DNA from: Mycobacteriales bacterium
Lineage (GTDB): Bacteria; Actinomycetota; Actinomycetes; Mycobacteriales; QHCA01
Reading direction: 5' to 3'
Length of the DNA: 64,000 nt
NCBI GenBank assembly: GCA_038237645.1
Contig: JBBRYN010000001.1
Coordinates: 55,899-119,898, forward strand
Below the pieces are notes generated by a model, which saw nothing but the letters and a program-made list of their open reading frames with translations, had not been told where the DNA came from and did no database searches. Each line of letters starts with the position of its first letter. Position 1 is the first letter of the stretch. The position numbers and the translations under genes are program-made. This document shows positions 45,744-54,193 of this stretch, one piece after another.

Positions 45744-47014
45744 CGGGCACCCGCCCCGGCCGGCACCTGACCGGACATCGCCACCAGTGGCCAGAGGGTC
45801 GACAACGACGAGCCATGGCGGGCGACGAGCACCCGCCAGCCGCCCTGTTGCAGGCGGCGTACGACCGCGTCGTAGGCAGCCTTGGACTCGGCCGCCTCGC
45901 TCGGGGGCAGGCCGACCCAGGTGTCGCCGTCGAGCAGCAGCGCGATGCCGAGGGTCGAGTGAGCGAGCGTGCCACCGATCTGCGCCGCGGCGGCGACGTC
46001 GAGCCGGCCGAGGACCGCCACCACGAGTCCCTCGCTGCTGCTGCGGCGGAGTACGTCGACCACCGGCGCCGCGCTGCTGTGGGCGGACAGGCGCACCTCG
46101 GAGAGCTGATCGAGCAGCAGTCCAGCGGTATTGGCCCCGCGCGGTGCGTTGAGGTCGGCGTCGGCTTCGGTGAGGAGTCGCAGCGAGTAGCCCTCCCCGG
46201 CCAGGTGCACGGCGACGCTGGCCGCCGCACTGACCGCCCACTCGAAGCTCGACCCCGGGCCGTCGCCCCGGTGCGCCGCCGCGCGGGTGTCGAGAACCAC
46301 CGCCGCGCGGCTCTGCCACGGCTGCTCTTCGCGCCGCACCATCAATTCGCCCACCCTGGCCGTCGATCGCCAGTGCACCTTGCGGAGGTCGTCGCCCTGG
46401 CGGTATTCGCGGGTGGCAGTGTCGTCCTCGCCCTGGATGGAAACCGACCGGGCGTTGCTTTCGCCGCCACCGGCCCAGTCGCCGCCGAGCCGGACGCGCG
46501 GCAACGGGTGGACGACGGGTGAGACGGTGAGGGAGTCGACGCTACTGAACGATCGGGTCAGCTCGACCATGCCGAGCGGATCGGTCAGTTGCACCGACAG
46601 CGGGCCGATGACATACCTGCCCCGGACGTCGGCGCGAACCGGGTAGGTCACGGAACGCTTGCCCCGAGGGCGCACCCGATCGAGCACGAAGCGCGGCCGC
46701 CCCCCCAGCGAGTAGGGCAGGGTGTCTTCCATCAGCAGGACGCCGGTCGGCAGCCGCGAGACGTTTTCCAGGCGCAGCACCACCGTCGCGCGCTGCCCGA
46801 CAGGCACCTGCGCCGGTTCGAGCAGGCGGGAGCAGGCCAACCGGTAGCGGGTGCGGGTGACCACGGCGGCGGCGACGAGCGGCAACGCCGCCAAGAACAC
46901 CGCCACCCGCATCAGGTCGCGCTCGTGCAACACCAGCGCACATATCGCCGCAGCCGCACCCGCCGCGAGGAAGCAGCGCCCGCGGGTGGTCAGGCCGGAC
47001 AGCGCTTCCCGCAC
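45740..47014 (-). CDS. DUF58 (vWA-like) protein
   Basis: REYRQGDDLRKVHWRSTARVGELMVRREE is the DUF58 signature. GTG at 47014 shares 1 nt with the MoxR TAG stop. Confidence 0.85.
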   Translation of the reverse strand: MREALSGLTTRGRCFLAAGAAAAICALVLHERDLMRVAVFLAALPLVAAAVVTRTRYRLACSRLLEPAQVPVGQRATVVLRLENVSRLPTGVLLMEDTLPYSLGGRPRFVLDRVRPRGKRSVTYPVRADVRGRYVIGPLSVQLTDPLGMVELTRSFSSVDSLTVSPVVHPLPRVRLGGDWAGGGESNARSVSIQGEDDTATREYRQGDDLRKVHWRSTARVGELMVRREEQPWQSRAAVVLDTRAAAHRGDGPGSSFEWAVSAAASVAVHLAGEGYSLRLLTEADADLNAPRGANTAGLLLDQLSEVRLSAHSSAAPVVDVLRRSSSEGLVVAVLGRLDVAAAAQIGGTLAHSTLGIALLLDGDTWVGLPPSEAAESKAAYDAVVRRLQQGGWRVLVARHGSSLSTLWPLVAMSGQVPAGAGAR

Positions 47015-48009
47015 TAGGACTCCCGGCGGCCGTCTGGCACGGCGACCCGCGCGATGATGTCGCGGACCACGGACGCAGGCGTCCGGTGGGCGATCTGGGC
47101 GTCGGCCGTGGGCAACAGCCGGTGGGCGAGCACGGGACCGGCGAGGTCCTGCAGGTCGTCGGGCAACACGTAGTCCCGGCCGTCGAGGGCGGCGACGGCG
47201 CGCGCGGTGCGAACCAGGTGCAGCGTGGAGCGGGGGGAGGCGCCGAGCCGGAGGTCGCTGGAGCGCCGGGTCGCGCTCACCAGCTCGATGGCATAACGGC
47301 GCAGCGCGTCGGAGATGTGCACGGCCTGGGCGGTGCGGATCAAGTGGCGCACCTCGCGGGCGTCGGAGACCGGACGAAGGTCGTCGAGGGGGTCGGTCCG
47401 GCCGTGCGCGTCGATCATCTCCAGCTCGGCGGCCGCATCGGGATAGCCCATGGCGAGGCGGGCCGTGAATCGGTCGCGCTGCGCCTCCGGCAGTGGATAG
47501 GTGCCCTCCATCTCGATGGGGTTCTGCGTGGCGATCACCATGAAGGGCGACTGCAGCTCGTAGGTGATGCCGTCGACGGTGACCTGTCGCTCCTCCATGC
47601 ACTCCAGCAGGGCAGATTGCGTCTTGGGCGACGCCCGGTTGATCTCGTCACCGACGACGAGGTTGGCAAAGACCGCGCCCGGTTTGAACTCGAAGTCGCG
47701 GGTCTCCTGGTTGTAGACCGATACGCCGGTCACGTCGCTCGGCAACAGGTCAGGGGTGAACTGGATCCGGCGAACCGAGCAGTCGATCGACCGGGCCAAG
47801 GCCTTGGCCAACTTGGTCTTGCCGACTCCGGGGACGTCTTCGATGAGCAGGTGGCCCTCGGCGAGCATCACCGCGAGGGCGAGCCGGACGGCTTCTGACT
47901 TGCCCTCGATGACGTGCTCGATGTTCGTCATGATGCGGCCCGCGACCTCGAGCAGCCCGTCGAGGGAGCCCGGGGTCTCGTCGATACCCTCCAGCGCGCG
48001 GTGCGTCAC
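47014..48009 (-). CDS. MoxR-type AAA+ ATPase
   Basis: Walker A is EDVPGVGKT and Walker B is VVGDEINRASPKTQSALLECMEE, followed by VIATQNP. GTG at 48009 has GAGGAGGAG 7 nt upstream. Confidence 0.9.
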   Translation of the reverse strand: MTHRALEGIDETPGSLDGLLEVAGRIMTNIEHVIEGKSEAVRLALAVMLAEGHLLIEDVPGVGKTKLAKALARSIDCSVRRIQFTPDLLPSDVTGVSVYNQETRDFEFKPGAVFANLVVGDEINRASPKTQSALLECMEERQVTVDGITYELQSPFMVIATQNPIEMEGTYPLPEAQRDRFTARLAMGYPDAAAELEMIDAHGRTDPLDDLRPVSDAREVRHLIRTAQAVHISDALRRYAIELVSATRRSSDLRLGASPRSTLHLVRTARAVAALDGRDYVLPDDLQDLAGPVLAHRLLPTADAQIAHRTPASVVRDIIARVAVPDGRRES

Positions 48010-48249
48010 CAAACGACTCCTCCTCGACGGCGCAGGCCCGGGCCCGACTCCCACATCGTGCCGCATCTTCGGCGGCACCGCCCCTGCTGGCCGGCAGTCG
48101 GCGATGCGCGGGCCCGGTGACGGGCAGTGTCGGCGGCCACCCGGTGGGAGCCGGGCTCTGAGCCGCGCTTGCACTCGGGTCGTGCGCCGGTCCGACCGTA
48201 CGACCGCTGGGGAGCAGCCACGCACCCAACATGGCGTATCTGCAGTTCA

Positions 48250-48285
48250 GTGGAGCAAAGTGGAGTACGGTGGCGTCCAGTGGAG
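48250..48285 (+). promoter_or_regulatory. Four direct GTGG(A/C)G boxes at exact 10-bp phasing (candidate MraZ operator)
   Basis: GTGGAG at 48250, GTGGAG at 48260, GTGGCG at 48270 and GTGGAG at 48280. The array ends 54 nt upstream of the mraZ ATG. Confidence 0.6.
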
Positions 48286-48338
48286 GAAATGATGGCCCGG
48301 CCCGGCGGCCGGCGCAGAAACGGAAGCGGGTGGAAGGG

Positions 48339-48770
48339 ATGTTTCTCGGCACCCATTCACCCCGCCTGGATGACAAGGGCCGGCTGTTCCTGCCGGCGAA
48401 GTTCCGCGACGAGCTGGCGCCTGGTGTCGTCATCACCAAGGGCCAGGAGCGTTGCCTCTACGTCTTCCCCCTCGAGGAGTTCAACCGGATTACGGAGCGG
48501 TTGCGGGAGGCACCGGTCACTGCCAAGGCTGTCCGTGACTACACAAGGGTGTTCTTCGCCAGCGCCTCGGACGAGACGCCGGACCGGCAGGGGCGGATCA
48601 CGGTGCCGACGGCGCTGCGCGGCTACGCCGGGTTGACCAAGGATTGTGTCGTCATCGGTCAGAACACCCGGCTGGAGATCTGGGACACCGCCGCCTGGCA
48701 GGCCTACGAGTCGGAGCAGGAGCAGGCGTTCTCCGACCTGTCGGAGGAGGTGCTGCCCGGAGTCCTCTGA
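48339..48770 (+). CDS. mraZ: Division/cell-wall cluster transcriptional regulator MraZ
   Basis: [26 protein letters not shown]...[18 protein letters not shown] shows two SpoVT/AbrB-like halves. It is 143 aa from ATG 48339. Confidence 0.93.
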   Translation: MFLGTHSPRLDDKGRLFLPAKFRDELAPGVVITKGQERCLYVFPLEEFNRITERLREAPVTAKAVRDYTRVFFASASDETPDRQGRITVPTALRGYAGLTKDCVVIGQNTRLEIWDTAAWQAYESEQEQAFSDLSEEVLPGVL

Positions 48771-48771
48771 C

Positions 48772-48897
48772 GGTCGAGTGAGCATCGAGCGAAGCGAGGA
48801 GCGGAGCGAGATGACAACTGGGTCGAGTGAGCATCGAGCGAAGCGAGGAGCGGAGCGAGATGACAACTGGGTCGAGTGAGCATCACCGAAGCGAGAT
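48772..48897 (+). repeat. Tandem array A of a 49-bp repeat (2 perfect copies plus a third copy with a 12-nt internal deletion)
   Basis: The unit GGTCGAGTGAGCATCGAGCGAAGCGAGGAGCGGAGCGAGATGACAACTG occurs at 48772-48820 and 48821-48869, with a degenerate copy from 48870. The array begins 1 nt after the mraZ stop. Confidence 0.95.
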
Positions 48898-48993
48898 GCG
48901 GAATCGGTCGTGCTGCGAGCTCTCGGTCCGCTCCCGCCCCTGACGCACCTTCCCCGGTGTCAGGCGCGGCAGCGGAGCGGGACCTGGCAGCAC

Positions 48994-49156
48994 GCGGAGC
49001 GAGATGACAGTTGGGTCGGGTGAGCATCGAGCGAAGCGAGGCGCGGAGCGAGATGACAGTTGGGTCGGGTGAGCATCGAGCGAAGCGAGGCGCGGAGCGA
49101 GATGACAGTTGGGGTCGGGTGAGCATCGAGCGAAGCGAGGCGCGGAGCGAGATGAC
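48994..49156 (+). repeat. Tandem array B of the same 49-bp repeat family (3 copies plus a partial fourth)
   Basis: The unit GCGGAGCGAGATGACAGTTGGGTCGGGTGAGCATCGAGCGAAGCGAGGC occurs at 48994-49042 and 49043-49091, and at 49092-49141 with one extra G. A partial copy runs to 49156. The unit differs from the array A unit at 4 of 49 positions. The array ends 20 nt before the rsmH ATG. Confidence 0.95.
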
Positions 49157-49175
49157 GATCAGTCGAAGGGTCGAG

Positions 49176-50156
49176 ATGTCACAGCAGGGCGGCGATGACG
49201 GGTTGCGTGGCAGTGGCCACGTCCCGGTCCTGGTCGATCGCGTGCTGGCGCTGCTGGGGCCGGCTCTCGACGGTCACCCGGCGGTGCTGGTCGACGCGAC
49301 GGTCGGCATGGGTGGGCACGCCGAGGCCCTGGTTTCCGCGCATCCCGAGCTCACGCTGGTCGGGCTGGACAAGGACCCCGAGGCGCTGCGTCGCTCTGCC
49401 GATCGCCTGCGGCCCTACGCCGACCGGGTCGGGCTGGTGCACGCCGCCTACGACCGTCTCCCTGCGGTGCTGGCAGACCTGGAATTGCCGGCGGTCGACG
49501 GGGTGCTCTTCGACCTCGGGGTGTCCTCCCTGCAGCTCGACGACGCCGGCCGTGGCTTCTCCTACGCCAAGGACGCGCCCCTCGACATGCGGATGGACCC
49601 CACGAACCGGCTGAGTGCCGCGGACGTCGTCAACGACTATCCGATGGACGAGCTGGTCAGGATTTTGCGGGAATACGGCGAGGAGCGGTTCGCACATCGG
49701 GTCGCCGCGGCGATCGTGCGCGAGCGCGAGCACGGCCCGCTGAACTCCAGCGTCCGGCTGGCCGAGCTCGTCCGCGAGTCGATCCCCGCCGCCACCCGGC
49801 GGACCGGTGGCCACCCTGCCAAGCGCGCCTTCCAGGCACTGCGCATCGAGGTCAACGGTGAGCTGGAGTCGCTGCGGGCAGCCTTGCCGGCCGCCATCGA
49901 GCAGCTGCGCATCGGAGGGCGGATCGTTGTGCTGTCGTATCACTCGCTGGAGGACCGGATGGTCAAGCGGGTGCTGGCCAGCGGGGCCGCGAGCCGCACG
50001 CCGCCCGGGCTGCCGGTGCTCCTTCCGGGCACCGAACCGACGCTGCGGCTGCTCACCCGCGGTGCCGAACGGCCGACCGACGAAGAGGTCGCGGCCAACC
50101 CGCGGTCGGCTTCGGCCCGCCTGCGGGGCGCCGAGCGCGTCGGAGTCGCAGCATGA
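49176..50156 (+). CDS. rsmH: 16S rRNA (cytosine1402-N4)-methyltransferase
   Basis: [48 protein letters not shown] at 49176 was chosen. The track start (TTG 49011) would translate the repeat array. Confidence 0.9.
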   Translation: MSQQGGDDGLRGSGHVPVLVDRVLALLGPALDGHPAVLVDATVGMGGHAEALVSAHPELTLVGLDKDPEALRRSADRLRPYADRVGLVHAAYDRLPAVLADLELPAVDGVLFDLGVSSLQLDDAGRGFSYAKDAPLDMRMDPTNRLSAADVVNDYPMDELVRILREYGEERFAHRVAAAIVREREHGPLNSSVRLAELVRESIPAATRRTGGHPAKRAFQALRIEVNGELESLRAALPAAIEQLRIGGRIVVLSYHSLEDRMVKRVLASGAASRTPPGLPVLLPGTEPTLRLLTRGAERPTDEEVAANPRSASARLRGAERVGVAA

Positions 50157-50683
50157 CCGCCGCGGCACGGCTCCCGGCCAGTCGCGCGCCCCAGCATCCG
50201 GCGGCCGGCCGGCAGGTCCGCGCCCTGCATCTGGTGCCCCGGCACAACCTGCAGCCACCCACGGCGCCTTTCGTCGCGCTGATCGTGGGTCTGCTCGCCG
50301 CCGGCCTGCTCGGCTTGCTGCTGCTCAACACCGTCATCGCCGAGGAGTCATTCCGGGTGCACGCCCTGCAGCAGCGCGGTGCGGCGCTGGAGTTGCGCCA
50401 GCAGCAGTTGCAGCGCGATATCGACGGGTTGGAGTCGCCGAACTCGCTGGCCGCCCGCGCGCAGGCCATCGGCATGGTTCCCGCCGTCAGTCCAGCTTTC
50501 ATCAGGCTCAGTGACGGTCAGGTGCTCGGGGTGCCGGTGGCGGCCAGGTCGCGGCCGGCCGTCGCAGTGCCTGCGCACAGCCTGGCGCCGCGGGCTGCCG
50601 CGCGCACCCCGACACCTCCGGCGCCGCCGGCCGCCACGGCGCCGTTCCCCGCTCCGAGCCCCGTACCCAGTCCACGGCGGTGA
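50153..50683 (+). CDS. ftsL: Cell division protein FtsL (septum formation initiator-like, Pro-rich tail)
   Basis: Single TM segment ([22 protein letters not shown]) followed by a coiled region ([22 protein letters not shown]). The ATG overlaps the rsmH stop (ATGA), and the gene is in the conserved dcw position. Confidence 0.8.
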   Translation: MTAAARLPASRAPQHPAAGRQVRALHLVPRHNLQPPTAPFVALIVGLLAAGLLGLLLLNTVIAEESFRVHALQQRGAALELRQQQLQRDIDGLESPNSLAARAQAIGMVPAVSPAFIRLSDGQVLGVPVAARSRPAVAVPAHSLAPRAAARTPTPPAPPAATAPFPAPSPVPSPRR

Positions 50684-50687
50684 GGGC

Positions 50688-52682
50688 GTGACTCAGCGGG
50701 GCCGGCCGCCCCGGCCGGCGTCCACCCGGTCCGGGGCCAAGCCCACCCGGTCCGCAGCGAAGCCCAGCCGGTCCGCATCCAGCAGGTCGGGTGCCAAGCT
50801 CACCAAGGCCGCCGATCCCACCAGATCCGGGGCCAAGCCCACCCGGTCGGCAACCATTCGTCCGGCAGCAAAGTCCACCCGATCGGCCGGCCACCGTCGC
50901 CGGGCCCCCGCCCGGCGGTCGCCACCCGCCCGGCCGAAACAACGGCGCGGCATCCGGCTGGGCAGCCCGGCCCGGCGGCTGCAGTTCGGCCTGGTGACGG
51001 TCCTGGTGCTCTTTGCCGTGATCGGTGGCCGGCTGGTGCAACTCCAGGGCCTCGACGGCACCGCGTATGCCGCCCAGGCCGAGCGGCTGCGGCTGCGCAG
51101 CGTGGTCCTGCCGGCCCAGCGCGGCGACATCCTCGACCGGGACGGCAACATCCTGGTCCGCACGATCGAGTCCCGTACGGTCTTCGCAGATCCGACGCTG
51201 GTGGTCAACCCGGCTGGCACCGCTGCTCGGCTGGCCGGCCCCTTGGGCGCCGCCCAGCCCGCTTTGGTCGGCCAGCTGACCAAGCGGGGGCGATACGTGA
51301 TCCTCAAGCGTGGCCTGCGCCCGGAGGTGGCGAAGTCCATCACCGACCTCCACCTGCCGGGGATCGGGAGTCAGCCGGAAAACCAGCGGGAAGTCCCCGG
51401 CCACGACCTGGCCGCCAACCTGATCGGCTTCGTCGGACGCGACGGCAACGGGATGGCCGGCATCGAGAGCCGCTACGACGAGGTGCTGCGTGGCCGACCG
51501 GGCATGCACGAGTATCAGACCGCGCCGGGTGGCCAGGCGATGCCCGGTGATCTCGAGCGAACGGTGCCGGCGGTGCCGGGCCGGTCGGTGCAGCTGACCC
51601 TCGACCGGGACGTGCAGTACGTCGCCCAGCAGTCGCTGTCCGAGCGGATGCGGCAGACCGGCGCCTACACCGGTTCCGCCGTCGTCCTGGACGCCCGGAC
51701 GTTCCAGGTCGTGGCGATGGCCAGCTACCCCACCTACGACGCCGCCGATCCCGCAGCGGCACCCGCCACCGCCCTCGGCAACGCGGCAGTGTCCAACGTG
51801 GTCGAGCCCGGCTCGATCCACAAGGTCGTGACCATCGCGGGTGCGCTGCAGGCAGGAGTCATCTCGCCGGACACCGCGATGATCGTGCCACCCACCATCA
51901 CCAAGGGTGGCAAGACGTTTCGGGACACCCACATGCACGGAACTGTCCCGATCACCCTGATGGGCATCCTGGCCCAGTCGAGCAACGTGGGGACGATCGA
52001 GATCGCGGACAAGCTGGGCGCGCAGGGGGTCTACGACGCCCAGCGGCGGTTCGGGCTGGGCGCGAAGACCGGACTCGACTTCCCGGGCGAGAGCCCCGGC
52101 ATCGTGCAGCCGCCGGCGAACTGGTCCGGTCCCTCCGCCGGCGGTATCCCCATCGGCCTGGGGGTGGCGGTGACACCGCTGCAGATGGCGGTCGTCTATG
52201 CCACGATCGCCAACGACGGGTTGCGGCTCGAACCCAGCCTGGTACGCGGCTTCCGCAACGCCGACGGCACGTTCGCCCCGGCGCACCGCCCGAAGGCCAC
52301 CCGGGTGATATCACCGGCGGTCGCGGCGGTCATGCGTACCGACCTGTCGGCGATCACCAGCAAGCACGCGACCGGCAAGAAGGCCGCCATCGGCGGCTAT
52401 GTGATCGCCGGCAAGACCGGCACGGGGCAGCGGGTCGAGAACGGTCGTTACACGCAGGGCAACGTGACCTCCTTCATCGGCATGGCGCCGGCGGCTGACC
52501 CGAAATACGTGGTCGCCGTGTTCGTGCACGCCCCCAACGGCGTCGGCGGCGCAGTCTCGGCCCCGGTGTTCCGCGACCTGATGGGATATGTCCTGCGACA
52601 CTTCCGGGTGCCACCGCAGGGCCAGGCCCCGCCCGAGCTGTTCCTCGGCGCCAGGCAGCCGGCCGCCCGACCGGGTGGGTAG
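50688..52682 (+). CDS. ftsI: Division-specific class B penicillin-binding protein (FtsI/PbpB)
   Basis: TM segment LQFGLVTVLVLFAVIGG, a dimerisation domain, and the transpeptidase motifs SIHKV (SxxK), SSN and KTG (AGKTGT). GTG at 50688 lies 5 nt after the ftsL stop. Confidence 0.9.
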   Translation: MTQRGRPPRPASTRSGAKPTRSAAKPSRSASSRSGAKLTKAADPTRSGAKPTRSATIRPAAKSTRSAGHRRRAPARRSPPARPKQRRGIRLGSPARRLQFGLVTVLVLFAVIGGRLVQLQGLDGTAYAAQAERLRLRSVVLPAQRGDILDRDGNILVRTIESRTVFADPTLVVNPAGTAARLAGPLGAAQPALVGQLTKRGRYVILKRGLRPEVAKSITDLHLPGIGSQPENQREVPGHDLAANLIGFVGRDGNGMAGIESRYDEVLRGRPGMHEYQTAPGGQAMPGDLERTVPAVPGRSVQLTLDRDVQYVAQQSLSERMRQTGAYTGSAVVLDARTFQVVAMASYPTYDAADPAAAPATALGNAAVSNVVEPGSIHKVVTIAGALQAGVISPDTAMIVPPTITKGGKTFRDTHMHGTVPITLMGILAQSSNVGTIEIADKLGAQGVYDAQRRFGLGAKTGLDFPGESPGIVQPPANWSGPSAGGIPIGLGVAVTPLQMAVVYATIANDGLRLEPSLVRGFRNADGTFAPAHRPKATRVISPAVAAVMRTDLSAITSKHATGKKAAIGGYVIAGKTGTGQRVENGRYTQGNVTSFIGMAPAADPKYVVAVFVHAPNGVGGAVSAPVFRDLMGYVLRHFRVPPQGQAPPELFLGARQPAARPGG

Positions 52683-52693
52683 GCTCGCTGGCC

Positions 52694-54193
52694 GTGTCGG
52701 CAAACCCTGCGCTGCGCCCCGAGCGCGGGCCGCGTCACCGCCTGGCGGAGCTGACTTCCCGGCTCGGCCGGGCCGCTCCGACTGCCGACGTCGAGATCAC
52801 CGGCATCACCCATGCCAGCGCGGCCGTCCGGCCGGGTGACCTCTACGTCGCGCTGCCGGGAGTGCGGACCCACGGCGCACGTTTCGCCGTCGAGGCGGTC
52901 CGGTCGGGCGCCGTCGCCGTCCTCACCGATCCGGCCGGCCGGCAGCTCACCGGCGAGCTGGACGTGCCTTTTGTCGTGGTCGACGAGCCTCGTGCCCTGC
53001 TGGGCGACGTGGCGGCATGGACGTATGACGATCCGTCGTCGGCCCTGATCGTGCTGGGAGTGACCGGCACGAACGGCAAGACCACCACGGCATACCTGCT
53101 GGACGCCGGCCTGCGGGCCGCCGGCCACACCACCGGACTGGTCGGCACGATCGACACCAGGGTGGCGGGGGAGAGTGTGTCCAGTGTGCGGACGACTCCG
53201 GAGGCCACCGATCTGCAGGCGCTCTTCGCGGTGATGCGCGAGCGGGGGGTCGGTGCCGTCGCCATGGAGGTCTCGAGCCACGCCCTTGCGCTGCACCGGG
53301 TGGACGGCACGCGGTTCGCCGCCGGTCTCTTCACCAACCTCTCGCAGGACCACCTGGATTTCCACGGTGACATGTGCAGCTATTTCAGTGCCAAGGCGCG
53401 GCTCTTCGACGGCAGGTGCGCCCACGAGATCGTCAACGTCGACGATCCCTACGGGCGCCGGCTCGTCCGCCCGGCGACGGTCACGGTGTCGGCCGAGGGC
53501 GCGCCGGCGGCCTGGCGGGCGAGCGGGATCGCGAGCGACCCCACCGGCCCGTCGACCTTCGCCGTCGACGGTCCCGGCGGTGCGCACGCGGTGACGGCCG
53601 TACGCAGCCCCGGTGCCTTCAACGTGGCCAACGCACTGCTCGCGATCGCCACCCTGGTCACCATCGGCGTTTCGCTGGAGGATGCGGTGCGGGGGACGGC
53701 GGAGCTCACCGTGCCGGGCCGGATGGAGCAGGTCGATCGGGGCCAGGATTTCCTTGCCGTGGTCGACTACGCCCACACGCCGGAGGCCGTCGGCCGCGCC
53801 CTGGAGGCGCTGCGCCCGCTGACCCGGGGACGGCTGATCGTGGTGCTGGGCGGTGGCGGCGACCGTGACCGGGCCAAGCGGCCGCTGATGGGCGCGGCCG
53901 CGGCGCGGGGCGCCGACCTGGTCGTCGTCACCGACGACAATCCGCGTTCGGAGGATCCCGCCGCGATCCGGGCCGGAATCGTCGCGGGCGTTCGGCGAGT
54001 GGCCGGCATCGAGTCGCTGGACATCGGTGACCGCCGCGAGGCGATGGCTGAAGCAGTGCACCGGGCCGGACCGGGGGATACCGTGCTGGTCGCCGGCCGC
54101 GGGCACGAGCCGGGTCAGGAGATCGCCGGGGTGATGCATCCGTTCGACGACCGGTCGGTGCTCGCCGAGTTGCTCGACGAGCCGGCGCCGTGA
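52694..54193 (+). CDS. murE: UDP-N-acetylmuramoyl-L-alanyl-D-glutamate--2,6-diaminopimelate ligase
   Basis: GVTGTNGKTTTAYLL, DHLDFHG, DYAHTP and the DNPR motif (VTDDNPRSEDP), which indicates DAP specificity. Confidence 0.93.
   Translation: MSANPALRPERGPRHRLAELTSRLGRAAPTADVEITGITHASAAVRPGDLYVALPGVRTHGARFAVEAVRSGAVAVLTDPAGRQLTGELDVPFVVVDEPRALLGDVAAWTYDDPSSALIVLGVTGTNGKTTTAYLLDAGLRAAGHTTGLVGTIDTRVAGESVSSVRTTPEATDLQALFAVMRERGVGAVAMEVSSHALALHRVDGTRFAAGLFTNLSQDHLDFHGDMCSYFSAKARLFDGRCAHEIVNVDDPYGRRLVRPATVTVSAEGAPAAWRASGIASDPTGPSTFAVDGPGGAHAVTAVRSPGAFNVANALLAIATLVTIGVSLEDAVRGTAELTVPGRMEQVDRGQDFLAVVDYAHTPEAVGRALEALRPLTRGRLIVVLGGGGDRDRAKRPLMGAAAARGADLVVVTDDNPRSEDPAAIRAGIVAGVRRVAGIESLDIGDRREAMAEAVHRAGPGDTVLVAGRGHEPGQEIAGVMHPFDDRSVLAELLDEPAP

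Noticed and set aside
48772-49156. Possible CRISPR array in the mraZ-rsmH gap.
   Set aside because: The repeat units are directly contiguous with no unique spacers of similar length. There are no cas genes in the window, and the units lack the usual palindromic core. The structure is better described as a tandem minisatellite.
49011-49175. N-terminal 55-codon extension of RsmH through repeat array B (track ORF start at 49011).
   Set aside because: It would start at a TTG and translate repeat-derived sequence ([15 protein letters not shown]...). The conserved RsmH sequence begins right after the ATG at 49176.
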